Shown piece after piece: positions 51,776 through 62,780 of a DNA stretch of 64,000 nt; the first letter of the stretch is position 1, and the number at the start of each line of letters is the position of its first letter. The notes below the pieces were generated by a model. That model saw only the letters and a list, made by a program, of their open reading frames with translations, had not been told where the DNA came from and ran no database searches. Made by a program: the position numbers and the translations under genes. The DNA comes from an uncultured cyanobacterium (lineage in GTDB: Bacteria > Cyanobacteriota > Cyanobacteriia > Phormidesmidales > Phormidesmidaceae): NCBI GenBank assembly GCA_963793265.1, contig CAWBZI010000007.1, positions 224,001 through 288,000 of the forward strand, in the 5' to 3' direction.

Positions 51776-52771
51776 CTATCGCACCCGGCGGGTTTGCTCT
51801 GGCTGAGTGAAGCTAGGTGGGGTATAGCTATTAGCGTTTGGGAAAGGGGCTGCGGGCACAGGCGCGGCGGCAGGTGCAGCAGGCTCAAGCTGTCTGAAGT
51901 TGTTTCGTGGAATGTTGTTTTGGGGGATGGCCTGATTACCGCTAAAGGGGCCTTGAGTTGGCTGCTGCGGAGGTGCGTTGAAGACAGGCAGGCTAGAGGA
52001 AGCGGGTGTTTGGTAGCCGGTGGTGCCTGGCGGCGGTGACATGTTGGTCGTCGTCGGAATGAAAGGGGTCGTGATGCCACTTGAAGACGGCGCGGGGGAG
52101 GTACTAGAGGGATTGCCGCTGCTGGAGGGAAGATTGCCTGAGAACCCGCCGCTATTAGATCCGCTGCTGTTTATACCGTTGCTGTTAGGTCGTGTGGGCT
52201 GAGAACCCGGCGTACTGCTATTGTTGGCAGGCTGAGTAGCCTCTGAGCTTGCCCTTTGACGGGCAAGTGCGTCCGCTAAGGCGCTACTTGTAACAGCGCT
52301 AGAGCCACTGGCGGGGGCGGGCGTCAGGTTAGCGCTACTGGATGGCGCAGTTGGCGTGATCGCGTTTCGGTTACCTGCGCCTGGAAACTTATACTCTTCT
52401 TCATAAGCCGCAAAAGGATTGTCACGACCTGCTAGCCCGTCGCTGGGCGTTGCACCTTCTGCTGCGCCCGCTTCTGAAGAGGCTGGATCGGTTAGACCGG
52501 CTGTTTCAGGTAGGTTTCCACGCAGCCGAGATCCTTCCATCAATACCTCTAACGTATCTATTTCAGAGAGTCTGGCTGCTTCCTCAGGCGTCAGGTTCGA
52601 CTCCGGTGCGATGTCGTCTACCTGAGCCCGGTTAAACCAGTCAGGATTGCGGTGATACTCCCACAAAAAGGCGCTGAGTAGCGCAAAGATGGTTAGCGGT
52701 GCCCATATCGCCGGAGAGCTGAGTGGCTTGAGACGGGCAGGAAGGTATCTGAGGAAAGTAGGCTTAGCCAT
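51776..52771 (-). CDS. Hypothetical membrane-anchored Pro/Ser-rich protein
   Basis: Single TM helix followed by WEYHRNPDWF, then a low-complexity tail. Confidence 0.75.
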   Translation of the reverse strand: MAKPTFLRYLPARLKPLSSPAIWAPLTIFALLSAFLWEYHRNPDWFNRAQVDDIAPESNLTPEEAARLSEIDTLEVLMEGSRLRGNLPETAGLTDPASSEAGAAEGATPSDGLAGRDNPFAAYEEEYKFPGAGNRNAITPTAPSSSANLTPAPASGSSAVTSSALADALARQRASSEATQPANNSSTPGSQPTRPNSNGINSSGSNSGGFSGNLPSSSGNPSSTSPAPSSSGITTPFIPTTTNMSPPPGTTGYQTPASSSLPVFNAPPQQPTQGPFSGNQAIPQNNIPRNNFRQLEPAAPAAAPVPAAPFPNANSYTPPSFTQPEQTRRVR

Positions 52772-53145
52772 AAGGGTAAAAACCAGATGTATTTGATTAA
52801 ACAGTTACTTTAATGTTATCAACTTTAGCAAATTGGTTAGATGGGCCCTTTTGACTCTAAGATACCCCGCAAATTAGCCGTTTTGCGACGATGGGTCGCA
52901 ATTGCATTGTGACGGAATCTAAAGTTACTTAAAAATCTTGCTACTTAAATTATTGATAGATTCTAATGTGATTTTTCCTCTATCCAAAGAAGCATTATGC
53001 TGTGAGACTATGATTACTCATCTAATCAAATAGATTCGTTTAGATAGTGAGACAGTGGCGTATTGATCAGGGATATCAGTGATCTTGCGCACATGCTTGG
53101 ATAACTCAACAGCTGGCGGATTTGCTAGTAGCCGTCTTAATTATC

Positions 53146-53847
53146 ATGGGTTTTACATCTTTCAACGCAACTCATTCTTCTGAGCACTTTTCCGGGAGGT
53201 CTTCTGAGTACGGCGGGGTTGAAATTGACGCCATTAGAGCCGTCACCGATCGCTCAGAGTCTATCGTACTGCCGCCAATTCAATCAGAAGCTTTCATCAG
53301 TCAGCGGCACGAGGTCAACCCTGCACTAGCGCTCAATGTGCTTAAAGATATCCATGCGAAGGTCAGCACCTGGCAACTACAGCAGCGGCAGATTGTCCAG
53401 GCCATGCGAGTCCTCTATGAGCAAGGGCCAATGGTTGATGGCTGGCTGCAATCGTCAGCTCAAATGGCTTCAGCTCAGCTAACGCCTGGCTGCGTGCCTA
53501 CACCAACTGTTTTGCGACATGGAGATACCGCTGCCTTGATGCAATATATAGAGGCGATAGAGCGCGATCATGCTGAAGCGGGTTCGTCCTTGAAGAATAA
53601 GCTTCCTTTAGCTAACTCGAATGGTTCGAGCGATCGCCTCAGTCACACGCATCACTATTACCTATGTTCCCTCACGACAGAGGGGAATGTGCGATCGCAA
53701 CCCTGTCCGCCCGCGCAGATGGCGATGGTCAGCACTGCGATCGCCCGCTATCAAAAGTTCAAGCAGCTCGCCAGTCAAAAACAAACCATAGAAAGCAAGC
53801 TTCAGCAAGCCGTAGACTCGCTAACAGCAATTCGCGCGAACCTTTAG
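53146..53847 (+). CDS. Hypothetical protein
   Basis: Long ORF with GPMVDGWL and YYLCSL...PCPP motifs and a coiled-coil end. ATG at 53146 is the likely start. Confidence 0.7.
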   Translation: MGFTSFNATHSSEHFSGRSSEYGGVEIDAIRAVTDRSESIVLPPIQSEAFISQRHEVNPALALNVLKDIHAKVSTWQLQQRQIVQAMRVLYEQGPMVDGWLQSSAQMASAQLTPGCVPTPTVLRHGDTAALMQYIEAIERDHAEAGSSLKNKLPLANSNGSSDRLSHTHHYYLCSLTTEGNVRSQPCPPAQMAMVSTAIARYQKFKQLASQKQTIESKLQQAVDSLTAIRANL

Positions 53848-53865
53848 CAGACTTAAACGTGCCGC

Positions 53866-56139
53866 TTAGCCGCCCTGAGATTCCGACCTCCACCGCCTGA
53901 TTGCCTTCTGAGTCGGTTCGTAAGCAGTCGTGCCTGCAGGCACCAAAACAGCCGCCTGAATAGCCGCGCTCTGTCTGCCTTGCGCGGCCCGAGCCTGCGC
54001 GATGCTAAAAATACTTTCGCTCCACTGGTCAGCTAAACGCTGGGCCGATTCGTATTCTGGATGCTCAATGGGGACTTCTCTGAGCTTCACAATGCCTTGC
54101 TGATAGGTGCTAGCTACGCCTAGCTTAGGAATTTTTTGAGCCTCGCTGATGATGTTACGGCTTTGCTGGCGCTGCTGCCAAAACGCAATTCTGTCCTGCG
54201 CTTTTTTATGAAATTCGGCGTTGTCGTATGGCATGACACCAGCTGCGGCGATCGCCCCATCTAAGTTGCCGCTCGTTGCTCTGCCTTCAGCAATATCCAG
54301 AATGATTTGGCTCCAGCCTTGAATATCGTTTTGAGCGGCCTCGTAGTAGGGCTCACCGGGTTGAATGAGTCTGGCTTTCGTGATCGCCTCTGTAAACTGA
54401 GAAGCCTGCGTGGGCTGAATAGCCGTCCGCGCTTCAGTCAGTACAGACGCATTCGCCTGCTGAGCCTCAGCAGCACCCGCCCTAGCGCTAGTCAGCACCG
54501 ACGAAAAAGTTTCATCTCGCAGCGATCTTGGCACTTGCTGCAAAGCAATCAGCGCTTCTGAGAACTGCCTTTGCTCTACAGCAGCTTTGGCCTGATTTAA
54601 TAAGCTCTGAGCCGCTGCCTTTTCGGCATCACTCACGGATTCGCTAGCTGATTCTTCGGCTGACTCACTAGCTGCTGGCTCATCAACAGGTTCACTTACT
54701 ACACCTGTCTTTTCGGCATCACCTTCAGCCTCCTGCACTGACTCAGCAGTTGAGGACTCAGCAGTCAAGGGTTCCGCAACAGAGGGCTCAGCGACAGAAG
54801 CCGCAGAAGGTACAACTGCTGTAGTGTCGGCATTCTCAGCAGGCGGCACCGATTCACCACCAGAGCTGGCTGCAACTGGCGTCTCTGCGCTCCTTGTCCA
54901 CCCTTCCCATGCAGTCTTTACAAACGGCTGCTTTAACAGCACTCCTCCCATCAGCACGGCCAGCGCTAGCAGGCCCCAGTTACGAAGCTTAGCCCCGCCA
55001 ATCTCACGCTGTTGAGACGTATCAACATCTACCATGCTGCGATCTGCTGAAGTAGAGTCCTTTTCCGCTTGTGGTGGCTCGATTAGAGGAGGTTCTAGGC
55101 TCAGACTAGCCGTCTGGCGACCAATATCTGGCACTGTGTCCGCCTGAGCATCTTCTTCTATATCTACGCCTCGCCCAGCGCCTATTGCGACGGGGGGTGC
55201 AATAGACAATCCGCCCGCAGCGACTGCACCAGACGAAACCGCGCCCATTCCGGCCGTGCTCGCCTTTTCTACACTCGGCTTTTCTGTACTTACTACTTTT
55301 TCTTCACCTGCGTCCGGCTCTGCTAGCTCAACGGTTGGCTCAACGGTCAAAGCCTCCGTACTTTCAACGGCCTCAGTAGCCACCGCATAGGATATCTCAG
55401 GCACTACGCTAGCAAGCTTTTGATTGTCAGGAACTAGGCTTACCGGATTTTGCACAGGTCGCCAGTGGTGATCGCAAAGTTCGGGCAGGCGCTGATTGAT
55501 AAAGTCGCTAATTTGATCGATGGTCTTACAGTCTTGATGCAAGGCTTCTAGCAAGGCTGCTGTAAATAGACCGTGACGAACGCCTAAGGTTTCGTGAGAG
55601 TACTGCTCAGGCTGACAGGAAAGCAGCGTCGCCACGTTATGCTTTTGAGCTAGATCGATGATCTGTGTGCCGATCGCCTGGCCCGACATAGCCCCTTGAG
55701 CACGATTGATATCTAAAACCAGCAAGACTTTATCGGTAGGCAAGTGGGCTAGCGTATCGATCAAACCGGCAACCGCAATACCAGTGCTCTCTATTTGCCC
55801 CGGATCGCCATCAATCGGCATTAGGTAGTCTACAGCTTGGCCATTTTCGTTTTTCACCTGCGCTCCATAGCCGCTGAAGAAAAACCACATCACATCGCCA
55901 ATACCTACTTGCTCGGCAATCGTTTGCAGCCCTTGAACGATGGCAGGCTTATCAGGATAGACGGCCTGTTGACCTGCGGACGTGCCCAAATCACTTAACA
56001 AGACGCAGTGATCTGCCGGAGTGTCCGTTTCTGCTGCGAAGAAATAATGGACAAAGCGGGCATCATCTTGCGCGTGCATAAGCGGCTGTAGATGACGGTA
56101 TTGATTGATGCCGATGGTGATGGCCCAGTAGTTAGCCAT
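53866..56139 (-). CDS. Pseudo-orthocaspase (peptidase C14 fold, catalytic dyad substituted) with TM helix and helical C-terminus
   Basis: WAITIGINQY, FFFSGYG (Tyr in place of His), LDINR (no Cys) and HGLFTAALLEAL. Confidence 0.88.
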   Translation of the reverse strand: MANYWAITIGINQYRHLQPLMHAQDDARFVHYFFAAETDTPADHCVLLSDLGTSAGQQAVYPDKPAIVQGLQTIAEQVGIGDVMWFFFSGYGAQVKNENGQAVDYLMPIDGDPGQIESTGIAVAGLIDTLAHLPTDKVLLVLDINRAQGAMSGQAIGTQIIDLAQKHNVATLLSCQPEQYSHETLGVRHGLFTAALLEALHQDCKTIDQISDFINQRLPELCDHHWRPVQNPVSLVPDNQKLASVVPEISYAVATEAVESTEALTVEPTVELAEPDAGEEKVVSTEKPSVEKASTAGMGAVSSGAVAAGGLSIAPPVAIGAGRGVDIEEDAQADTVPDIGRQTASLSLEPPLIEPPQAEKDSTSADRSMVDVDTSQQREIGGAKLRNWGLLALAVLMGGVLLKQPFVKTAWEGWTRSAETPVAASSGGESVPPAENADTTAVVPSAASVAEPSVAEPLTAESSTAESVQEAEGDAEKTGVVSEPVDEPAASESAEESASESVSDAEKAAAQSLLNQAKAAVEQRQFSEALIALQQVPRSLRDETFSSVLTSARAGAAEAQQANASVLTEARTAIQPTQASQFTEAITKARLIQPGEPYYEAAQNDIQGWSQIILDIAEGRATSGNLDGAIAAAGVMPYDNAEFHKKAQDRIAFWQQRQQSRNIISEAQKIPKLGVASTYQQGIVKLREVPIEHPEYESAQRLADQWSESIFSIAQARAAQGRQSAAIQAAVLVPAGTTAYEPTQKAIRRWRSESQGG

Positions 56140-56580
56140 TGATCTTAAGTGTCTCCGAGACTATTAACTTTGTCGTAAACGCCGAGGGGTTAGCAGCTAG
56201 TAAACAAACGACCTATCAAATATAGACGTGTACTGATCAACAGATCCATTTTAAAAACCTACCTACACCTAGTCGATGGTTAAAAAAGCTCAGCTAAGCT
56301 ATGTACGACCCGAAAATATCATAAGGACTGCGCCTTCGTGTCGCTGACTTTTTAGACTGGTTTTTTAGCAAGTGTAGCGAGATCTTCTAAACTGGGAAAC
56401 TTGATAGGTAGTTCAAACACACCCGATCATCTCAAATCAAATCTAATTTCAGAACTTAAGTTCGAACATAATCGCATGTGGCCAATTCGCTATCAGGCGC
56501 GCCGTCTTAAGCGCGCTCAACTATCTCACGGTGCTTATACGTCAAACGCAGATTTGGGCGTAGATTCAGGCGCAACGCTA

Positions 56581-57021
56581 ATGCTGCGTTCCCGCGTTCG
56601 AGCTGGCAGAAGATCCCGCTCCTGGCAGCGTTCGATTCTATCGGCCGGGTTAGCGGCGCTGCTAGGGGGTACCGGAATTTGGCTGACAGAGGCTTTGATT
56701 GCACCACAGGCTTCTCAGGCTTACACCTCACGTTTGGATTTGTTTTTGACGACCGAAGCCGGAGAAACCTACGATACCTTGCTGCGTAGAGCAGAAATGG
56801 CGGCTAGAGCTGGGGCACAGCGAAGCTTTGATCAAGACCTGCTCATCACTAACGTATCGGTCACGGTCGTAGTTGAAGGAGAAGGCGTTAGCGTGCCGAT
56901 ATTGGCGCTCAGGGTAGACCGCGATCAGTGGCGGACTCGACCCGAAACATACTACTGGGCGACGTATTACCGTGCAGCAGAGGCGCTGCTTAGATCACCT
57001 TCTGGTGCCTTAGGGTTTTAG
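56581..57021 (+). CDS. Hypothetical secreted protein
   Basis: Hydrophobic signal ending SQA-YT, then ETYDTLLRRAE...AQRSFDQD. Start uncertain: the ORF is open from 56401. Confidence 0.65.
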   Translation: MLRSRVRAGRRSRSWQRSILSAGLAALLGGTGIWLTEALIAPQASQAYTSRLDLFLTTEAGETYDTLLRRAEMAARAGAQRSFDQDLLITNVSVTVVVEGEGVSVPILALRVDRDQWRTRPETYYWATYYRAAEALLRSPSGALGF

Positions 57022-57031
57022 ATAAGGCTAT

Positions 57032-60000
57032 CTACCATGGGCTACCAATCATGGTAAATGCTGACCAGTAAAAGGGATGAGAAAAATCCCAAGTGCCACT
57101 TTGCTCTAGTTCGGGGATTGTGGCTAATATTTCATTGTTTACGCCATACATTTGGCCATCGCGGATACCGATGTTGCCCTGAATCATATTGATCTGGGCA
57201 GTTCGGAGGGCTTCGGCTCGAATGTCAGCACTCGGCAGACGGTCGTAAAACTGGGTCATAAAGCCTAGTGTGCCTTCGTCACTAACCGGCCATAGGCTCG
57301 CTAAGGCTGATTGAGAACCTGCGCTCACGGCAAAGCCTGCAAACCCATATTCAGAGTTGCGATCGCCCATTGCCGTGCTACAAGCGCTCAAAATAATCAA
57401 GTCGATATTGCTATCTTCGAAATTCAGTTCCTGAAGCTGAGAAAGGCCCATCCGTCGATCCCAGAGCTGAATGTAAGAATTTTCTATATCACCTGTCTCA
57501 AAAACGGCGTGCGTAGCCAGGTGAATTACGCCGTATCGCTGGCTATCGACTTTAGTTTTAAGATTTTCTAGCGTGAAGCTCTCGTTCAAAAAAGCATCTC
57601 CAAGCTGTAAGTCGTCTGAGATAAACGCAAGCTCAGCAGCAACAGCAGGCAGAGGCGGCTGGTCTGCAAACTGAGAAGCGCCCATCGCCAGTACGCGAAC
57701 CGCTTTATCAGCTTCTAAAGCAGCTTGCTCTGAAAAATTCTTTTCCAACCCAAAATCCGTCAGGCTGAAGGTGGGAAGTAAGCCCAGGCTGTACTTTTCA
57801 ACCAAAAACTTATCGCCATCGTGAAGCGCTGCTAAGGGCAGCGTGCGTAGGCCGTCGTCCATAATCATGGCCAGGTTGTTAGTACTTTTCTCCGACAGGT
57901 GAGGCTCTAACGGCGCAATCATCCACTGATATAGCTGCTGGGCCGGTTCAAGATACTGCGCAGGCGTCGAAAATTGGCTTGTAGCCTGACGGCGAAACTC
58001 AGCGGCGACCGTCTCTACTTTTTCTCGAGTAATGCCCCACTGTCGATAGCGAACCGGCTCACCATCAGCGGTGATAAGCATAACTTCTAGCTGGTCGTCA
58101 GGCTGAGGCTCGCGGTCTTTATCTGGCCGTACTGAAGCAATATCAGCAGCATCGGGCACGAAGTAAATATAAATTAGGGCTGAACGCACCCTCTGCGATT
58201 TTTCACTCACCCGATTGAGCGTGTCTTGCACCTGCGATAGGGTTGCAACTTTAGTGGGTGTTTCTCTATTTGTGAGCGATAGGTAGTTCGCAAATTGAAC
58301 CCCTGCGCTTGTCTCTATTTGATTAAACGTATTGGTGATGCTACGGCCAGTGTCGGCATTTGCTAAGACAATATCGAGACTGATGTCGCTGCGATCTTCA
58401 GAGACGGGTATGGTTGTGGCAATAGGCACTGTTACCGTGCGAGGAAGAACGTCTGGCACTTCTGTTAGAACTTCCGCAGGGCTCTCTTCGGACACCTCAG
58501 GGACTTCTGTCAAAATTTCAATATTGCCTTCAGATAAGCTGCCGTCGATACTGATGTTTGCTAAAGAAACGTCCGAGTCAGTAATCTGACCAACTGTCCC
58601 ATTCGTACCAGGCCCATCAGATGAGGCATTGCCTACGACAAAAGGTGTTTCGCCGTTACCACCGTGCCGAACTGTAATTCGACCGTTTGGCGTCGTCTCA
58701 AGGCTAGTGGCTATACCGTCTATTAAAAGGCTTTCGGTTACCAGAACGTTGCCCGCAGAGACAATGCTGATATTGCCGCCGTGTGTAATTTGAGTAGAAT
58801 TTCCAGCGCTGATGTAGCCGGTCGTAATATTGCGGGTACTTGAAAGGTCTATGTCGCCGCCTTGTGAAGTGATGTTGCCGACATTGATGTCGCCATTGGC
58901 CGCAAGCGTCAGGCTGTCAGCCTCAGATACATTAATGTCATTAGCGGTAATTGTATTGCCGCTGAGGGTAAGCGCGGTGTTTGTGGTTAAGTTGTCTGTG
59001 TTGATAGCGATCACACCGCCCGAAGAACTACCGATCTCGATTTCATCGAAGCCGGTGATCGCTGCATACTCAGCATCTGTCAAATTAAACCGACCGGGCA
59101 AATCATCTCCACCAATCTGAATAATGTCATCTGAGGCCGTCTCCCCAAACAGTCTCAAAGTGCCGCCGTCGCCTGATACCTCGTGGGCCTCTAAATCAAT
59201 GTCTTCGCCTGTAAAAATTAGGCTGCCTGAGCCACCTATGATACGTTCGGTGATCTGAGCATTAGCGTTTGCAAAGTGAATAGTATCGTTACCGCTACCG
59301 CCTGCTAAGGTGCCTATCCCAGTAAAACGAAGCCCATTGGCTTCTGAGGGGACGTTCGCTTGGGCGTTAGAGAGAGTGCCGCCGTTTGCCCCTGTTATTG
59401 TCCATAGTGTATCTACATCAGGCCCTACTAATGTTGCATCTTCATTGCCCAGCAGCGTAATGCGAGAGAGTTCATCAGTCTCAGATAATAGGGGATCTTC
59501 AAGTACGGTGATGGTGCCTGTGCCTAAACTACTGCCAATGTTCACTTGGCCAATGGTGGAATCTAAAGCGGCTAAATCTGCACCAGAAACGACCAATGTG
59601 TTGCTGTTTTGAGTGCTGCTGTCGGCTGATACACTGCCAACCTGAATGTTTGTATTTTCATCACTTGGCTGAATGGTGATAGTGGCAGCGCGAACTGAGT
59701 TAGCCTGGCCTAAGTTAATACCGTTACTAATAAGCTTAATATCGCCCCGGCCCGCATTAAGACCTTGAGCACTGATAAAGTTCGCGCTTTGGAGTTGAAT
59801 AGTGCCGTCCGTAGGAAAGCTTTCAGATGCGCTCACATCAATACCACCTACAACAACTTTGCTCTCAGCATTCGCCGCAAGGTTTCCAGCCGCGATTTCA
59901 ACGGTTCCACCTGACACTCGAATAGTATCTTCGAGATCGCTGGCAATGAAGCTTCCCTCATCGTTATCTGAGTCAGCTTGAAAAGTAACGTGGCTACCGG

Positions 60001-61555
60001 GAGAGAATGTCAGTGCGTCGTCGGCCAAATCTTCGAGCGTAATGTCGTGAAGGGTGCTTATTGTGATATTGGTCAACTCTTCTAGGCTCTGTTCATAGAG
60101 GAACGAATCGCCGTAAACATAATCGGCATTAGAAAAGAAAGATTTGATCGGATGTGAGCCCTGGGCCGGTGAAGATTCTGGCTGATCGCCATCTTTAATA
60201 ACCGCGTTGTAAGCACTAAAAAAAATGTTGCCATTATCACCTTGAGGCGCTTCTAGATCAGCCGTGCCGCTGTAGGTAAAACGGTTATTGCTTGCAATCT
60301 CAACATTGCCACCGTCGCCACTGATCGAGCCTCCTTGAGCGCTAAGTTCACCATAAAACTGAGTCGCAACGAGATTAGAGTGCACGTATATCTGGCCGCC
60401 ACTGCCCGCTTCTAGCGCATCAGCCGTCAGTGTCGATTGCCTATCTACGTAGGTTTGATCAGCGGTCGGAATTAAAGCCTGTTCTAGATAGCCGCCGCCA
60501 ATGCGTAAGGTGCCGCCGCCTGTTGTACCAGAAGCCGAAAGATCTGCATCTGTAATGCCTACTTGCGTCCCGATAATATTGATGCTGCCGCCTACGCCAT
60601 TGTTGTTATCAGTTGAAAGATTTCCTGAGGCGATCGCCCGCCCCTTATCCGGCACCGGCACACTCGAATCAATTAGACGAACAGTACCCGTATCATCGAC
60701 AATCAGCGTGTCAGCATAGTCTGCAATGTTGCCAGTAAGTAGCTCGCTTAAGGACTGAGGTGATGAAGGATTAGCTGACATCTCTTCAGATAAAACTTCT
60801 AGAGAGAGGAGGTGGCCTTGCTGGCTAAGACGAACTAAGCTGCCCGGCTGCACTGCGGCGAGATTGAGCGCGCCACCGGGAGCTAGGAGTGTTCCTGCAT
60901 TTAAAACAGAGCCGCCAGCCAAGGAGATATATTCACCCTGATTGACCGATAAACTTCCTGCATTACTTACAGCCCCAGCAGTATCGAACCTGAAAGCCGT
61001 AGGGTTACCAAAGAGTAGTTCGTAATCAGGCAGCGTATAGGGGTCTGTAAAGTCAATCCATTCACCGCTGCTAAAGCCAAAAGCCGTTGCACTCGTCGCC
61101 GTAAAGCTACCGGACAAGTTGAGCTGTGCGTTTGGCCCAAACAAAATTCCGGCTGGATTAATCAGATACAAATTGGCATTACTGCCTTCTATTTGCAGGC
61201 GACCGTTGATACTAGAAGCCTCGCCTGTGATGTGGCTAAGAACGTTTTGAGTCTTAGAACCAGTAATGAAATTAGCCGTTTGACCGGCTCCCAAATCAAA
61301 CTGATCGAAGCTGTGAAACAAATTATGATCGCTAGCAGCTTCACCTGTGCGCTGACCGCCCGTAATATTGAACTGTACGCCCTGGGTTTCAGAAAGGTTG
61401 ACTTCGGTGCTGGTACTTTCGGGGGTAGCGATAATTTGGGCGATCGCACCCGAACTTCCTCCAACTAGCGCTAGTAAAGCGAGTCCTCCTTTGAACGCAG
61501 CATTAAGGCATTTACGAACAATAGCGTGAGTTAATTTGGCTGGGATGCTGCGCAT
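57032..61555 (-). CDS. Filamentous-haemagglutinin N-terminal (TpsA-like) exoprotein fused to C-terminal CHAT domain
   Basis: AIAQ signal, NLFHSFDQF, NLYLINPAGILFG, beta-helix repeats; CHAT motifs IHLATHA, ILSACSTA, ASLWPVSD and HPFYWSAFTMIGSPW. Confidence 0.9.
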   Translation of the reverse strand: MRSIPAKLTHAIVRKCLNAAFKGGLALLALVGGSSGAIAQIIATPESTSTEVNLSETQGVQFNITGGQRTGEAASDHNLFHSFDQFDLGAGQTANFITGSKTQNVLSHITGEASSINGRLQIEGSNANLYLINPAGILFGPNAQLNLSGSFTATSATAFGFSSGEWIDFTDPYTLPDYELLFGNPTAFRFDTAGAVSNAGSLSVNQGEYISLAGGSVLNAGTLLAPGGALNLAAVQPGSLVRLSQQGHLLSLEVLSEEMSANPSSPQSLSELLTGNIADYADTLIVDDTGTVRLIDSSVPVPDKGRAIASGNLSTDNNNGVGGSINIIGTQVGITDADLSASGTTGGGTLRIGGGYLEQALIPTADQTYVDRQSTLTADALEAGSGGQIYVHSNLVATQFYGELSAQGGSISGDGGNVEIASNNRFTYSGTADLEAPQGDNGNIFFSAYNAVIKDGDQPESSPAQGSHPIKSFFSNADYVYGDSFLYEQSLEELTNITISTLHDITLEDLADDALTFSPGSHVTFQADSDNDEGSFIASDLEDTIRVSGGTVEIAAGNLAANAESKVVVGGIDVSASESFPTDGTIQLQSANFISAQGLNAGRGDIKLISNGINLGQANSVRAATITIQPSDENTNIQVGSVSADSSTQNSNTLVVSGADLAALDSTIGQVNIGSSLGTGTITVLEDPLLSETDELSRITLLGNEDATLVGPDVDTLWTITGANGGTLSNAQANVPSEANGLRFTGIGTLAGGSGNDTIHFANANAQITERIIGGSGSLIFTGEDIDLEAHEVSGDGGTLRLFGETASDDIIQIGGDDLPGRFNLTDAEYAAITGFDEIEIGSSSGGVIAINTDNLTTNTALTLSGNTITANDINVSEADSLTLAANGDINVGNITSQGGDIDLSSTRNITTGYISAGNSTQITHGGNISIVSAGNVLVTESLLIDGIATSLETTPNGRITVRHGGNGETPFVVGNASSDGPGTNGTVGQITDSDVSLANISIDGSLSEGNIEILTEVPEVSEESPAEVLTEVPDVLPRTVTVPIATTIPVSEDRSDISLDIVLANADTGRSITNTFNQIETSAGVQFANYLSLTNRETPTKVATLSQVQDTLNRVSEKSQRVRSALIYIYFVPDAADIASVRPDKDREPQPDDQLEVMLITADGEPVRYRQWGITREKVETVAAEFRRQATSQFSTPAQYLEPAQQLYQWMIAPLEPHLSEKSTNNLAMIMDDGLRTLPLAALHDGDKFLVEKYSLGLLPTFSLTDFGLEKNFSEQAALEADKAVRVLAMGASQFADQPPLPAVAAELAFISDDLQLGDAFLNESFTLENLKTKVDSQRYGVIHLATHAVFETGDIENSYIQLWDRRMGLSQLQELNFEDSNIDLIILSACSTAMGDRNSEYGFAGFAVSAGSQSALASLWPVSDEGTLGFMTQFYDRLPSADIRAEALRTAQINMIQGNIGIRDGQMYGVNNEILATIPELEQSGTWDFSHPFYWSAFTMIGSPW

Positions 61556-61686
61556 GTAGTGCTGAGTGACGAGGTAACATCAAATGGCCCATAAAATTAC
61601 CCTGGGTCCATTGGATGTAGCTTGCCCAAAAGGGTTTGGCTGCGCAGGTAAAATTTGGTTCTCTCTATGTCGAGCCCACTTAATAT

Positions 61687-62319
61687 ATGGCCCTTTCTAG
61701 CCGTCAATATGCTGCTGCAACTGAACGCAACCGACAGCCGATTCTAGACGTGTTGCAGCGCGTTTTACCGAACACAGGAACCGTTCTCGAAATCTCTAGC
61801 GGGACAGGTGAACATGCAACGTTCTTTGCCCCAGCTTTGAGTCATTTGCAGTGGTTGCCGAGCGATCCTCAGGCGATCGCCCGCCAAAGCATTCAGGCAT
61901 GGCGCGAAGCCCTACCGGCTAAAAACCTGCTGCCACCGCTGAACTTAGACGTGAGTATGCAGCCTTGGCCGGTCGAGCAGGAGCCGGTTGCAACGCAGCT
62001 AACTCAGCCGATTACAGCCATTGTCAATATCAATATGATCCACATTGCGCCCTGGGAAATGTGTGCTCATCTGATGGCAGGAGCCGGACGAATTTTGCCA
62101 GCAGGCGGCGTACTGTATCTGTATGGGCCGTTCATTCGTGAAGGGGAACCAATGGCTCCTGGCAACGAGGCATTTGATGTCATGCTGCGCGATCGCAATT
62201 CAAGCTGGGGCATTCGAGCGCTATCAGCAGTGGTTGCGATCGCACAGCAGCAGGGCCTAACGCTAATAGAAGTCGTTGAGATGCCTGCTAATAATCTGTC
62301 AGTCGTGTTTAAAAAGTAG
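61687..62319 (+). CDS. DUF938 family SAM-dependent methyltransferase
   Basis: AATERNRQPI, VLEISSGTGEH, NMIHIAPW, LYGPF and MPANN. Confidence 0.9.
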   Translation: MALSSRQYAAATERNRQPILDVLQRVLPNTGTVLEISSGTGEHATFFAPALSHLQWLPSDPQAIARQSIQAWREALPAKNLLPPLNLDVSMQPWPVEQEPVATQLTQPITAIVNINMIHIAPWEMCAHLMAGAGRILPAGGVLYLYGPFIREGEPMAPGNEAFDVMLRDRNSSWGIRALSAVVAIAQQQGLTLIEVVEMPANNLSVVFKK

Positions 62320-62330
62320 TCTTCTCAAAG

Positions 62331-62654
62331 CTAGAGCTTAACGGCGGTTCCAGTTGCCGTAATCAGCATCAATACACCGTGCTCATCAATATTAATGGTG
62401 TCAGTTTTCACTTGAATCCCCACCACCGCATCGGCTCCTAACCGCTTAGCTCGCGACTCTAGTTCCTTGAGCGCATCCTGCTGACCCTTTTCAAAAACGC
62501 GCTCATAAGCTCCCGTTCGTCCGCCTAAAACGTCCCGGATTCCAGCAAAGAAGTCTCGTAAGGCATTACTGCCGTACACCACCTCGGCGGTGACGATACC
62601 CAAATAATTTTGGATATTCTCTCCCTGAATAAGATCAGTTGTTGATAGAATCAT
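62331..62654 (-). CDS. YbjQ/UPF0145 family protein
   Basis: RDFFAGIRDVLGGR, LGADAVVG and ATGTAVKL. Confidence 0.92.
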   Translation of the reverse strand: MILSTTDLIQGENIQNYLGIVTAEVVYGSNALRDFFAGIRDVLGGRTGAYERVFEKGQQDALKELESRAKRLGADAVVGIQVKTDTINIDEHGVLMLITATGTAVKL

Positions 62655-62780
62655 GAGCTGAACCCGGCGCAGTTAATGTCACAAAGATACTATCGTTCTT
62701 TAGGATGCATAAATAGATAGGTTTTTCCAAATGTGTGTTTCTCATATTTGCTTACTTTAAGTTTTTTCAGGAGATTATCT

